Origin: Deltaproteobacteria bacterium UBA6601
GTDB lineage: Bacteria; Myxococcota_A; UBA796; UBA9615
DNA: 64,000 nt
Assembly (NCBI GenBank): GCA_002433485.1
Contig: DJIF01000054.1
Coordinates: forward strand, 1,158 to 65,157
Direction of reading: 5' to 3'
In this document: one piece after another, positions 51,283-60,743 of the stretch
Numbering within the stretch: the first letter of the stretch is position 1
Layout of the letters: each line of letters opens with the position of its first letter
The notes under the pieces: generated by a model
What the model was told of the DNA's origin: nothing
The model's input: only the letters and a program-made list of their open reading frames with translations
The model's database searches: none
Program-made: the position numbers and the translations under genes

Positions 51283-53497
51283 GCCCTCCGAGTAGACCCA
51301 GCAGAGCAAGTAAGACTGCTGGAGCACTGGCGGTGCCCCCTGCAGCAAAGCTGCAGTTCTGCCCCTCACCCGAGGTAGCTACCACCGGATTGTAAGCAGT
51401 CGTCACATCCTGGCTGAGCAGTACATTGCCAAAGCCCGAAGCGCTCTGGCCCCTGGAGTCGGTTACGGTCACCATGATCGAGGGGAAGCGCTGAAGATAA
51501 GCGGCACGATTCTCATCAGTGTCGGCAGGTGCATTCCAGAATACCGACGGACCGTTGGCCGGCTCATCGAAGAAGCCATCCATGTCAGTCTGCCACTCGT
51601 AAGTCAGGTTTTCATCAGACGAGATGACCAGGACCTCTGCTCTAAGTCTGGAGCCCAGCTCGACCTGAAAGCGATCGGTGAGGACACCGCCAATGATCCG
51701 CGGAGGAGCCCACTGATCAAGACAGTCGTTGTCGATGGTGCCATCACAGTCATTATCGAGCTCGTCACACCACTCCACGGCCCCCAGGAAGACCCCGGCA
51801 GACTCATCGTCACAGTCACCGACGGCTTCCGTCTGGCCGTCGCCATCATCATCAAAGAAAGTGGTGCCCTCATCGGTGGTGCCATTGCAGTTGTCATCAA
51901 TAAAGTTGAGCCCTTCGGCAGCTTCGGGATGAATCGAGAAGCCGTCGGGGAGGCCATCGTTGTCACGATCCACCGAGCTATCGTTGCAATCACCAAAAGG
52001 CGCGGCTGCCAGACCTGAGCACACCGCCCCTCCAACCGCGGGCCCCTGGCCCAAACAGATGGTGTCGTGCTCGCAATAGCCATCACAGTCGTCGTCCCAG
52101 ACCACAGTCTGCTCATCAATGATGCCGTTGCAGTTGTTGTCGTAGCCATCCATGGCCTCGACCGCCTGAGGGAAGACCCCGGCGTTGTTCTCATCGCAAT
52201 CCCCTTGATTGGGGTCGAAGCCATCGCCATCTACATCCTGTGCAGAGAGCGGAAAGTCCACCGCCGCAACAAAGGAGTCAAAGCCCCACAGCTGGCAGCC
52301 ATCAGTCACCCGGATAGACAGCGGCTGAAGGCCGGTCGGGATGGGAGGTGAGTGATCGTCGATATCAATGGCAAAGGTGACAAAGCCGTTCTCGTCCGGG
52401 AAGCCATTCTCAATGAGCAGTCCGCCCAGGAACAGCTCCACATACAGCGAGTCCGGCGGCTGCTCCTGATCAAAGACCCGAACGGTCAACTCAAGCTCCT
52501 GCCACTGATGATAGAAGCTGGCCTCAACGGGACTAACCACCTCAACGGAAGGCGGCGTACAGTTGATGGCACTCTCCCCATTGCCCAACAGGAAGACGGT
52601 GAACTCAGGGCGCACCGGATCAGATGTCTGGATGTTGAGCTGAGCGGAAACGGCCTGCAGGTTGAGCGGCGCAAACGATAGATCAAAGAACGCCGCCGAA
52701 CCCGGCACAATGGGAGTGGCGAGGAGAACGTCCTCCACCTCACTGTGCCAGTCACAATCACCCATGGAAGCACCGGGGCAGGTAATAGAAAAAGCCGGCT
52801 GTGACTCCGACTGAATCAGCTCCACCGCAGTGATGTAGAGGTCAGCATCACCGAGATTTCGTAGCTCCAGACTGCGACGACTCTCGACGCCCAGGAACTG
52901 AAAGCCCCAATCTACGATGTTGGCCGAGACCCTGGCTTCGGGTCCGCCACTGGCCTGACGGCCGATGAAAGCGACACTTTTCTCCGCCTCGTCAGGGTCA
53001 TCGGAGAAGATCTCCATAGCGGCAAAGGTGTCCTGACTATCTGAAGCCACATAGAGCACCTCAATAACAGCGTGCTCGTGCGGCTCGATAGTGCTGGGAA
53101 TGCTCTCCGGCAGGATGCTCCAGTTGGGGTCACTCTGATGGTTGAGGGAAACCTCCTCAACAAACAGGGCGCGGTCTCCCGCGTTGTGGACAAAGACCTC
53201 AGAGACAACCTCGGTACCGGCAGGCAGCAGACCCACCTCAATGAGCCGATCCGGGACATAAATATCCTGAAATTCAATGCGGGTGCTCGACGTGTAGGTG
53301 GTTCCCGCTGTGGGGTCTACCTCAGAGCCGCAACCCCAGGTCAGGACGGCGAACACGGACAAAAACGACAAACAAGCAATGCTGCGCATAGAACCCAACC
53401 CAGGAGAGGAACCAAGGCTCAATCTAACAACGCCCCCCTTCAGCGTCCACCGGCCCTTTATGCCCGACTTGAGCCGGGACAACGACCCTCCTGTCAA
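51260..53497 (-). CDS. Large exported protein with MopE-like putative metal-binding repeats and a MYXO-CTERM-like C-terminal anchor
   Basis: It has a signal peptide. The motif D.DGDG.....GDCD(D/E)...(G/A)VFPGA.E.CD..DN(D/N)C(D/N)G..DE recurs at least four times. The tail reads ...APAVLLALLGLLGGLRARRLS. Its start overlaps the stop of the upstream lipoprotein gene. Confidence 0.7.
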   Translation of the reverse strand: MTGGSLSRLKSGIKGRWTLKGGVVRLSLGSSPGLGSMRSIACLSFLSVFAVLTWGCGSEVDPTAGTTYTSSTRIEFQDIYVPDRLIEVGLLPAGTEVVSEVFVHNAGDRALFVEEVSLNHQSDPNWSILPESIPSTIEPHEHAVIEVLYVASDSQDTFAAMEIFSDDPDEAEKSVAFIGRQASGGPEARVSANIVDWGFQFLGVESRRSLELRNLGDADLYITAVELIQSESQPAFSITCPGASMGDCDWHSEVEDVLLATPIVPGSAAFFDLSFAPLNLQAVSAQLNIQTSDPVRPEFTVFLLGNGESAINCTPPSVEVVSPVEASFYHQWQELELTVRVFDQEQPPDSLYVELFLGGLLIENGFPDENGFVTFAIDIDDHSPPIPTGLQPLSIRVTDGCQLWGFDSFVAAVDFPLSAQDVDGDGFDPNQGDCDENNAGVFPQAVEAMDGYDNNCNGIIDEQTVVWDDDCDGYCEHDTICLGQGPAVGGAVCSGLAAAPFGDCNDSSVDRDNDGLPDGFSIHPEAAEGLNFIDDNCNGTTDEGTTFFDDDGDGQTEAVGDCDDESAGVFLGAVEWCDELDNDCDGTIDNDCLDQWAPPRIIGGVLTDRFQVELGSRLRAEVLVISSDENLTYEWQTDMDGFFDEPANGPSVFWNAPADTDENRAAYLQRFPSIMVTVTDSRGQSASGFGNVLLSQDVTTAYNPVVATSGEGQNCSFAAGGTASAPAVLLALLGLLGGLRARRLS

Positions 53498-54234
53498 GGC
53501 GATGCAAGCCGCAGCGACAGAGTGTAACCGCTGGGCCGCTCATGATGACAAGCAACCGCAACAACGATGGTAGCGCTGGCGTCGACAGCAAGCGCTCGGT
53601 CCAACTGTTCCGGGTGCGCAAGGGAGAAGCCGTCGTCATTGACCACCTGTCCCAACAGCAAGGACTCCCCATCAAAGATCACAAAGTCTAAATCCGACTC
53701 CAGGGACCAGGCCTCATCAGGTCGGTCGGGAAGATAGGGAGCATTGGCGCCGTCGGCCGGGCTATTATCCCAAGCCAGCGAGACCAACAGCCAGCCGCGC
53801 TCCTCCACGGTCAGAGCGTAGTAATCGACATCCCCTGCGTACCAGCCCTGAACCCGTGACATGTACTCCCCTGACGGGCCGAGGGCTTGGTGCTCCGGCC
53901 AGGAGAACTGCGCCGAAGAAGGGTCGAAGCCGCACGACGACGCGACCCCTCGAATCCGCACCTCCGATGGATAAGGAAGCGGCGCCAGTTCCTGAACTCC
54001 ATCATCCACGATGGTGACATCTTCAAGCAAATCGACAATCACAGGCTCGTGCGCAACTGGCTTGTCTGGTTCCAGGTGGAGATAGAGAGGCCAACCCTCA
54101 CAGCCCACCAGGAAGAGCATGGGAAGAATCGCTACAGAGCCGAGCAGGGCAGCGGGCAGGCCGCCAGACAGAGAGCGGCCCGCGAGGTGCAGAGCACCGG
54201 CTAAACCTCTAACCCGAGAGCGCAGAAAAGACAT
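53494..54234 (-). CDS. Lipoprotein with a PPC (pre-peptidase C-terminal)-like domain
   Basis: The lipoprotein signal reads LPMLFLVGCEGW. The PPC-like pattern is GDVDYYALTV...LDFVIFDGES....YTLSLRL. It overlaps the start of gene 51260..53497, so the two are probably co-transcribed. Confidence 0.55.
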   Translation of the reverse strand: MSFLRSRVRGLAGALHLAGRSLSGGLPAALLGSVAILPMLFLVGCEGWPLYLHLEPDKPVAHEPVIVDLLEDVTIVDDGVQELAPLPYPSEVRIRGVASSCGFDPSSAQFSWPEHQALGPSGEYMSRVQGWYAGDVDYYALTVEERGWLLVSLAWDNSPADGANAPYLPDRPDEAWSLESDLDFVIFDGESLLLGQVVNDDGFSLAHPEQLDRALAVDASATIVVAVACHHERPSGYTLSLRLASP

Positions 54235-54333
54235 CGGTCAACAAGTATAACAGCGCCCTGTGCGTGCCCTCAGAGCCCATGGAGTACACTGCTTGCTGGT
54301 ACTCCACGTAAATCTGGCACGGGACCGGCAGCC

Positions 54334-56427
54334 ATGAGCAACATCAAGGACTCCATAAAGGGGCTGTTCTCGCAGGTTTTTGGCCGGGCGGACTTCGCCG
54401 AGGTTCTGGAAGACCGTTGGGAATACTCGGAGACCTTTGAGGGCGAGATGATCTCGGCCCAACTGCCCGCGGCCAGGCGCCGCAACAAGGCCCCAGCGCC
54501 GGTTGCACCTACCGCCGAGATGCAGCAGAGTCCAAACCCCTTCAACGAGACGGTCGAGTCTCAGCGGGAGCCGACCGAGACCGTACCGGAGAGCGCCTGC
54601 CTTGAACCTGTAGCAGCCCCGGCCCAGACCCTCCCGGATAGCAACTCCGTCGGCGCCCATGCCCAACCGGTCGAGACCCTCCCCGACAGCACGCAGGTCC
54701 AGCCCGGTCCGCCCGGACCGGGCCCGCTTCCGAAAAATGCCCCGGCCAAAGATCCTGAACCTGCTGCAGCCAAGCAGCAGCAGCCGGCACCACCGCCGCG
54801 ACGGCTGCAGGCCAGTCGGCCCAAGCCGCTGCGGCTTGAGCCCTCGACCGGCTCTCGCGCCGCAGCCGTTCCAACCGGGCAGGCAACGCCGGCAAGCAAG
54901 ACTCCGGTCCTAACCAACTCACTCAACACCGACAACCTGATCGCGCAGATCGCCTTCGATTCGCCCAATGACATCTATCCGGACACCGCGCAAGGCCAGA
55001 GCGCCCTTTCTGGTGACGTACCTAGCCTGTCCCCAGAGTCTGAGCTGGGCGCTATTCTGGACGGACTGCAAACCACTGCAGTACTCCACAAGGCGAAGCG
55101 GAATCAGCGAAAAAAAAATGGACCTAAAGGCTCTGCAGCGCCGCTGCTGCTGGTCCAGCGCAAGGAGTCAAAAGAACAACAACCTGCAGCACCGCCCCAT
55201 CCCGACGATGAGTTCCGTAGCGAGGCTTCCACCCACAGCAGTCGCAACCTGAATCTACCCGACGAGGAAGAAGACAAAGAGACTCAGACTCACATCGTCC
55301 GCAGCGCCCGCACCCGCTCCCCGACGCTTGTCATCGCCTACGAAGACCATGCGCCCCTGAGTTCCCACGACTACGGTGTGCTTCCGCCGCCACCGAGCGA
55401 AGCGATCAATCGCTCCCTTATTGAGCGCGTGCAGTTCAACCTGCAGCGCGATCTTGAGAGCCTATCCTCACAAAAAGAAGAGGACATCGTCGAGTTGCTA
55501 CTGGAAGCACTCGACAATCCCCAGGTCGATCTCCCTCCCTTCCCCGCTGCTGCACGAAAGCTACTGAGCGGCGGTGTGGAAGGCCCCAAAGACGATGACA
55601 TTCTAGATGCCGTCAAGTCCGACCCGGGCCTGGCGGGAAGCGTCATCAGGGCCGCCAACTCACCGTTCTATATGGCAGCTGCGCCGGTTGCCTCGCTGGG
55701 ATCGGCAGTCGTTCGCATCGGTCTTAAAGAGGTTCGCCGGGTCGCGCTTGCGGCGGCGATGGCCTCATCCTTTGACGTAAAGGGCTTTGAAGTCCTCATC
55801 GACTCAGCGCACCTGCACAGCCTGACCACCGGAACCAGCGCTGAAGCGCTCGCTGACACCTTCTCTGTCGAACCTGGAGTAGCCTTTCTGTCCGGACTGC
55901 TGCACAACGCTGGAGAGCTACTTACTTATCGCCTCCTGAACCAAAGCTACAACAGCACAGAGGAGGCCCCCTGGCACGACCGGCTGAACTTCGTAAGGGA
56001 ACTCGCCGTCAAGTACCACTGCTACCTCGGCGCGCTCTTCATTGAGCCGTGGGACCTGCCTCCCCAGCTACAGGCCAGCCTGGTCTATCACCATCACCCG
56101 TACATGGCGAACGAGGACAACGAAGACCTGGCGTCCCTTATGCATGTCGCCAATGCCATCGCAGAGTTGGCCACCAAACATGCCCGCAGCGACATCTGGC
56201 GCGAATACATCAACCGCTTAGAGAAACAACGCGACGCAACCGACGGTTCGCGCAGTTCAGCAGGCGTCGACGGAGTAGAACTGATTTCCCTGGGTGAGGT
56301 GCTCGAAATGCTTCCACCAGGCTTCTCCAAGCAGCGGGTGCATCGACTGCTTCGCGACATCCTGCTGCGCGTGGCGGCAAGCCCACTGACCGATAGTCAA
56401 GATGCCGCAGCTGCCACCCAGTATTGA
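54334..56427 (+). CDS. HDOD-domain signalling protein with a Pro/Ala/Gln-rich disordered N-terminal region of about 430 aa
   Basis: The C-terminal HDOD signature reads LDAVKSDPGLAGSVIRAANSPFYM...VVRIGLKEV..VALAAAMAS and YHHHPYM. The N-terminal half is low-complexity with PAPVAP and TLPDS repeats and an A9 tract. Confidence 0.75.
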   Translation: MSNIKDSIKGLFSQVFGRADFAEVLEDRWEYSETFEGEMISAQLPAARRRNKAPAPVAPTAEMQQSPNPFNETVESQREPTETVPESACLEPVAAPAQTLPDSNSVGAHAQPVETLPDSTQVQPGPPGPGPLPKNAPAKDPEPAAAKQQQPAPPPRRLQASRPKPLRLEPSTGSRAAAVPTGQATPASKTPVLTNSLNTDNLIAQIAFDSPNDIYPDTAQGQSALSGDVPSLSPESELGAILDGLQTTAVLHKAKRNQRKKNGPKGSAAPLLLVQRKESKEQQPAAPPHPDDEFRSEASTHSSRNLNLPDEEEDKETQTHIVRSARTRSPTLVIAYEDHAPLSSHDYGVLPPPPSEAINRSLIERVQFNLQRDLESLSSQKEEDIVELLLEALDNPQVDLPPFPAAARKLLSGGVEGPKDDDILDAVKSDPGLAGSVIRAANSPFYMAAAPVASLGSAVVRIGLKEVRRVALAAAMASSFDVKGFEVLIDSAHLHSLTTGTSAEALADTFSVEPGVAFLSGLLHNAGELLTYRLLNQSYNSTEEAPWHDRLNFVRELAVKYHCYLGALFIEPWDLPPQLQASLVYHHHPYMANEDNEDLASLMHVANAIAELATKHARSDIWREYINRLEKQRDATDGSRSSAGVDGVELISLGEVLEMLPPGFSKQRVHRLLRDILLRVAASPLTDSQDAAAATQY

Positions 56428-57412
56428 CTCAATTCGCTGGGTACCCGGCCAGGGCAACCACGTAGAGTCCTTCTTTCTCAAGGCCAACAACCCCAAGCGT
56501 CCTGAGCAGGCCTTCTGGCTGAAGTTCACCCTCCTTGACCCCGGCAGTTCCGGCACTGCTCTGGCCGAAGTCTGGGCAATCCGCTTTGCTGCCGCGGGGG
56601 GACCCCACCAGGCGGCAAAACTGAGTCGGCCAGCCTCACAGGCCCAGCTGTCAAGCAGCCAAATCGGCTTCCTGCTCGGAGACTGCCAGCTCCAGCCGGG
56701 CCAGACCCAAGGCCGAGTCCTGGGCAGAGAAATGGAAATCTCATGGGACCTACAGTTCGATTACCGCAATCAACGGGTCATGTATGGACTTCCGCACCGG
56801 TGGATGTACGACGCGGCCTTCCCCCGTAACAAGGTCTACAGCTCCTGCCCCAACACCAGGTTCCGAGGTCGGTTCACCGTGGCGGACGAAAATTGGGAGG
56901 TCAAAGACTGGCCAGGAATGCTGGGGCACAACTGGGGCAAAGCTCACAACCCACGCTACCACTGGGCCCAATGCAACCTCTTCGAGCCGGAGGACTGCGT
57001 CTTCGAAGCCTGGTCAGCGCGCATTCAGTTGGGACCCTGGCTGAGTCCATGGCTGACTGGCGCCACAGCTCGCCTGGATGGCGAGGAGCTGAGCTTCAAC
57101 GCGGTACACAAGGTGCTCAACCGTTCTCTGCGCTTCAGTCCTCTGAATTGGTCTTTTGAGACCCAACATCAGGACTGGCGCCTGCGCTGGCAGGTCAGCG
57201 CTCCAGCGGCGGACTTCGCTGGGCTTCGCTACCTCAACCCAGATGGGCAACAAAATTTCTGTCTCAACTCCAAGATCGCCAGCTGTCGGCTCGAGCTGTG
57301 GAACAGACAAGGGGGGCGCTGGCAACCGCGCGCACAGCTCAAGGGAGAGCGTAGCTGTGCCTACGAGATCCTGGTTCCCGACAACCCATTCGACATTCCG
57401 ATCCTCGCCTGA
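56402..57412 (+). CDS. Hypothetical protein, probably co-transcribed with the HDOD gene
   Basis: It overlaps the 3' end of the HDOD gene by 26 nt. It is Trp/aromatic-rich (WEVKDWPGMLGHNWGKAHNPRYHW) with no clear family. Confidence 0.45.
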   Translation: MPQLPPSIDSIRWVPGQGNHVESFFLKANNPKRPEQAFWLKFTLLDPGSSGTALAEVWAIRFAAAGGPHQAAKLSRPASQAQLSSSQIGFLLGDCQLQPGQTQGRVLGREMEISWDLQFDYRNQRVMYGLPHRWMYDAAFPRNKVYSSCPNTRFRGRFTVADENWEVKDWPGMLGHNWGKAHNPRYHWAQCNLFEPEDCVFEAWSARIQLGPWLSPWLTGATARLDGEELSFNAVHKVLNRSLRFSPLNWSFETQHQDWRLRWQVSAPAADFAGLRYLNPDGQQNFCLNSKIASCRLELWNRQGGRWQPRAQLKGERSCAYEILVPDNPFDIPILA

Positions 57413-57446
57413 GCCCCCCCTTCAGGCTCAGCTCGGGCGACTAGCA

Positions 57447-58706
57447 CTACTCTCCTGAGTCCGGTGAACTAAGCGGGGCGGATCCCGGCCAGCGAGGCGG
57501 GACCGGCTCAAACAGCTGGTACGGGAAGCCGCAGCAAAGGGATGGACCCAGATGGGGCCAGCTGCTTGGGTCCTGAGGCATTGGCCCCATGGCAAGGCCA
57601 CCGGCCTGACGCTCCACCCGCGCGGCTTCAATCATCCGATCCACTCGAACAGAAGCCTCCTGCCAGCGGCAGCTCTGCCACAGGCTGTGGAACGCGAACA
57701 GCAGCAACAGCAAGCCGACCAGCAGGTAAGTGCGCCGCATTCCAACGACATGGCCTGGCGCGCGTCCCAGGCGCTGCTCCATGACCGCTGCCCAACAGTA
57801 AGAAGCGCCAACACTGGGCAGCAACAGATACCACTGGCCGCCATCATTGGGCAGAACATGGAGCACCGGCAGCACGGCCAGAAACGTCAGGCCAAGGCCC
57901 AAAGCCCAGAGCCTGGCGATCACCCGCCAGCCCAGCAACAGAAAGGGAAGGACAAAGGCCACGGCAACCAACAGCCCCAGCTGATCGCCTGGCCGACTCA
58001 AGGCCCCCAGGGGCTGATACAGCGGCGCAAAGAGTTGAACAATGTAGAGCGGCAGCCACAACAGGCCAGCCAGCAGCCCATCCAGGGAGGGCCAATAAGA
58101 AGCGGCAACCTCGGCCCTCATCACGGTAAGAGCAAACAGAGGCGCAAGCAGCAGAGCGGCCAGCAGAGCGGCCAGCCAGCGCTGGTTGACCGAACGAGGC
58201 GACAGCCAGGCCGACCAAAGCAACATGGGCAACACCGCGATCCCAGTCTCTTTGAAGAGCACCGCGATCCCGGCCAACAGTGCTGAGAGAACCGATCTAC
58301 CGCGTCCCTGAGCCAGGAGGGATGCGGTCACCGCAAGTCCCATAAGCAGATCTGCTCGGGCCGCTACCCACCCGGCACTGGCAACATGTACACCGTGGAC
58401 GGCAAAAAACGCGGTGCCGAGCTGGGCAGCCGGCCACGAGAAACTTTGCTGCATCCAGCTTCGTGCCACAAAGACAAGAATCAGGTACAGGCCCAGATTG
58501 ATGGCATGGGAGATATAAGGTGGAGACCCCGCATCCAGCCAGAACGCATAGGTCGATAGCGGCCGAAAACTTCCGCTACCGCCGATAGGAAGCTGAAATG
58601 GCGCCCATGGGTCAAGGGCGACAAACTTCCGCGCCTCATAAAACAGCACCCGCTCGTCCGCCAACAGGGGTGCTCCCAACAAGGGAACAAGGGGCAGAAC
58701 CGCCAT
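57447..58706 (-). CDS. Polytopic membrane protein, glycosyltransferase-39/ArnT-like. Low-confidence call.
   Basis: It has at least 10 hydrophobic helices. The ORF is open up to 58958, but I placed the start at MAVLPLVPLL (58706) to avoid overlapping the divergent gene. Confidence 0.45.
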   Translation of the reverse strand: MAVLPLVPLLGAPLLADERVLFYEARKFVALDPWAPFQLPIGGSGSFRPLSTYAFWLDAGSPPYISHAINLGLYLILVFVARSWMQQSFSWPAAQLGTAFFAVHGVHVASAGWVAARADLLMGLAVTASLLAQGRGRSVLSALLAGIAVLFKETGIAVLPMLLWSAWLSPRSVNQRWLAALLAALLLAPLFALTVMRAEVAASYWPSLDGLLAGLLWLPLYIVQLFAPLYQPLGALSRPGDQLGLLVAVAFVLPFLLLGWRVIARLWALGLGLTFLAVLPVLHVLPNDGGQWYLLLPSVGASYCWAAVMEQRLGRAPGHVVGMRRTYLLVGLLLLLFAFHSLWQSCRWQEASVRVDRMIEAARVERQAGGLAMGPMPQDPSSWPHLGPSLCCGFPYQLFEPVPPRWPGSAPLSSPDSGE

Positions 58707-58848
58707 TGCAGCAATGAGCAGATGGGTGAATTGTAGCTGTCGCGGACCGGGCTGATACAAAATTGCTCCCACCGGGCTGAAATGCTGGCCTCGGTAGGTA
58801 CAATACTCCGCCTCAGCGCAGGCCCCAGTACAGCTTCCCGGAGTTCCC

Positions 58849-59631
58849 ATGGCCACCGTGCCCCGCGTATGCGACACCTTAGAAATAGAGCGAATTGCCA
58901 ACGAGCCGGCCGAATACGCGATCCGTAACCGCCAAGGTGAGGAGCTGGGCAAGGTCACCGAAGAGGGCTATTACCTGCTCCTTCAGTTAGATGGAATTTC
59001 GACCCTTAATGCCATCCGCGAGCGGCTCAAAGAGCGTTTCGGCAAGAGTTCCTCAGCAGCCGACCTTGAGTCCTGGTTCGCTGAGCTCGGGCAGGCGGGA
59101 GTGCTGAACACCAACGAGCGCGCCTTACGCATCCTCACCTACCTCAGAGAACAGGGCATCAGCTATCGGGGTAGCAGCGCCGACCGGCGCGGCTCGAAAG
59201 ATACTCCCCTTACGGATCGACGCGAAGAAGGCCGCCGGGACCAAGCCTCGGCCGCGGCAGCTTGGTTTGACTACGGAATCTTCCTGCTGAACGATGGCAT
59301 GCTGGAGCAAGGCGTGGACGTCTTCGAGCGGCTGAGCCAGAGCCAGCAGGGCGACGTTCGAATCCACGAGATCATCTCCCACCTTCGCTTCTTGACCAAG
59401 AGCGAAGATGTGCCTGATCTCTCCGAAGATCGACGCGATGTCTCCTGGGAAGCCTTTGACGCTGCCCTGCGAGAGATGCTCGATCAGGGCGCCTGCCCAC
59501 GCTGCGATCTTCCCATTGAGATTGAACTCGGCGCCACCAATCGCTGTCACTACTGTGGCGCCTCCTTCAGCAGCTACGTGCTGGGTCGCGCAGGCCAAGA
59601 CCGGCGCCAGGGCAAACCCGCAGCTGACTGA
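58849..59631 (+). CDS. Hypothetical protein with a PqqD/RRE-like N-terminal segment and a C-terminal CxxC...CxxC zinc ribbon
   Basis: The segment EGYYLLLQLDGISTLNAIRERLKERFG...ADLESWFAELGQAGVL resembles a PqqD-family fold. The C-terminus reads CPRCDLPIEIELGATNRCHYCGASF. Confidence 0.4.
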   Translation: MATVPRVCDTLEIERIANEPAEYAIRNRQGEELGKVTEEGYYLLLQLDGISTLNAIRERLKERFGKSSSAADLESWFAELGQAGVLNTNERALRILTYLREQGISYRGSSADRRGSKDTPLTDRREEGRRDQASAAAAWFDYGIFLLNDGMLEQGVDVFERLSQSQQGDVRIHEIISHLRFLTKSEDVPDLSEDRRDVSWEAFDAALREMLDQGACPRCDLPIEIELGATNRCHYCGASFSSYVLGRAGQDRRQGKPAAD

Positions 59632-59638
59632 GCCATCG

Positions 59639-60724
59639 GTGGAACTGACCCCAGCTGAGCTGAAGAACCTCAAGAGCCTCCACTTTCAGCACCGCGAGTT
59701 CGAAGAGCTGCAGGCCGGACTCAAACTCAAAAACCTGCCTGACAACCAGCTCGACGAGCAGCCTCTTCCGCCGCCTGAAGGCAGCATACTTGCAGTTCCG
59801 GAGGGCGCTGAGGAGGGAAGCTTGCGGCGGCATGGCCAGGCGGCCATAGACGCCGGCCAGGCCGCTCTGGTGCTGCTCAATGGCGGCATGGCGACCCGCT
59901 TTGGTGGACGGGTCAAGGGCGTGGTAGACGCGCTCCCCGGACGTTCCTTTCTCGCCCTCCAACTCGCCCGCCTGGCAACCACCGGCTGCCCGCTGGTGCT
60001 GATGAACTCCCAGGCCACAGACTCCGTGACCCGCTCTCATCTTGAAGAAAATCGCTTCTTCGGTATGGACCCCACCGCGGTCATCAGCTTTCAACAGAGC
60101 GCTGCACCGAGGCTGACCCCCGCAGGTGATCTCTATCGAGATCAACAGGGCGCGCTGTCCCTCTACGGACCCGGCCATGGCGACCTGCTGCCCTCGCTAC
60201 GTCGCAGCGGGGCCCTGGCGAGTCTGCAGCGCCGCGGCGTTAAATTTCTCTTAGTAGCCAACGTCGACAACCTGGGCGCAGAACTCTCGGCGCCATTGCT
60301 GGGTCTATTCCAAAAGACAGGTTCACAGATGATGGCTGAAGTGTGCAGCAAGGCGCCAGGAGAAGTTGGTGGGTCACCGGCCATGGTGGCAGGGAAAGTG
60401 CGCATCGTTGAAGGCTTTGCCTTTCCCCCGACCTTCGATCAGGACAGCCTGCCGGTATTCAACACCAACACCCTGTGGTTCCGCTGCGACGCACTCGAAG
60501 AAGCCCTTCCTTTGCGCTGGTACCAGGTCCACAAGCGGGTCAACGGCGAACAAGTCGTCCAGTTCGAGCGGCTGGTTGGTCAGGCCAGCTGGTTTCTCGA
60601 CTCCAGCTACGTCAAGGTGCCGCGCCGCCGCTTCTGTCCGATCAAGAGCCCAGAAGACCTCAGCGCAGCTCAGACCCAGCTCCGTGCCCTATTCGATGGC
60701 TCCAAGACGCAAGAGAGCGGCTAG
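59639..60724 (+). CDS. UDPGP-family (eukaryotic-type) UTP--glucose-1-phosphate/UDP-sugar uridylyltransferase
   Basis: The sequence reads ALVLLNGGMATRFGG..K..., then LYGPGHGDL, then FLLVANVDNLGA. I proposed a GTG start at 59639 because the ORF-track start at 59408 overlaps the upstream gene. Confidence 0.7.
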   Translation: MELTPAELKNLKSLHFQHREFEELQAGLKLKNLPDNQLDEQPLPPPEGSILAVPEGAEEGSLRRHGQAAIDAGQAALVLLNGGMATRFGGRVKGVVDALPGRSFLALQLARLATTGCPLVLMNSQATDSVTRSHLEENRFFGMDPTAVISFQQSAAPRLTPAGDLYRDQQGALSLYGPGHGDLLPSLRRSGALASLQRRGVKFLLVANVDNLGAELSAPLLGLFQKTGSQMMAEVCSKAPGEVGGSPAMVAGKVRIVEGFAFPPTFDQDSLPVFNTNTLWFRCDALEEALPLRWYQVHKRVNGEQVVQFERLVGQASWFLDSSYVKVPRRRFCPIKSPEDLSAAQTQLRALFDGSKTQESG

Positions 60725-60743
60725 CCACCCTGGCTCGCGACGG

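Noticed and set aside
57401-57446. An apparent palindrome GCCTGAGC-CCCCCCTTCA-GGCTCAGC after the stop of gene 56402..57412
   Set aside because: The two arms are not reverse complements (GCCTGAGC versus GGCTCAGC), so no hairpin forms. Only the C7 run is noteworthy.
59408-59638. The N-terminal 77 codons of the ORF 59408..60724
   Set aside because: This stretch overlaps the 3' end of gene 58849..59631 in a different frame. An in-frame GTG at 59639 immediately after that gene's stop gives a UDPGP protein of the normal length.
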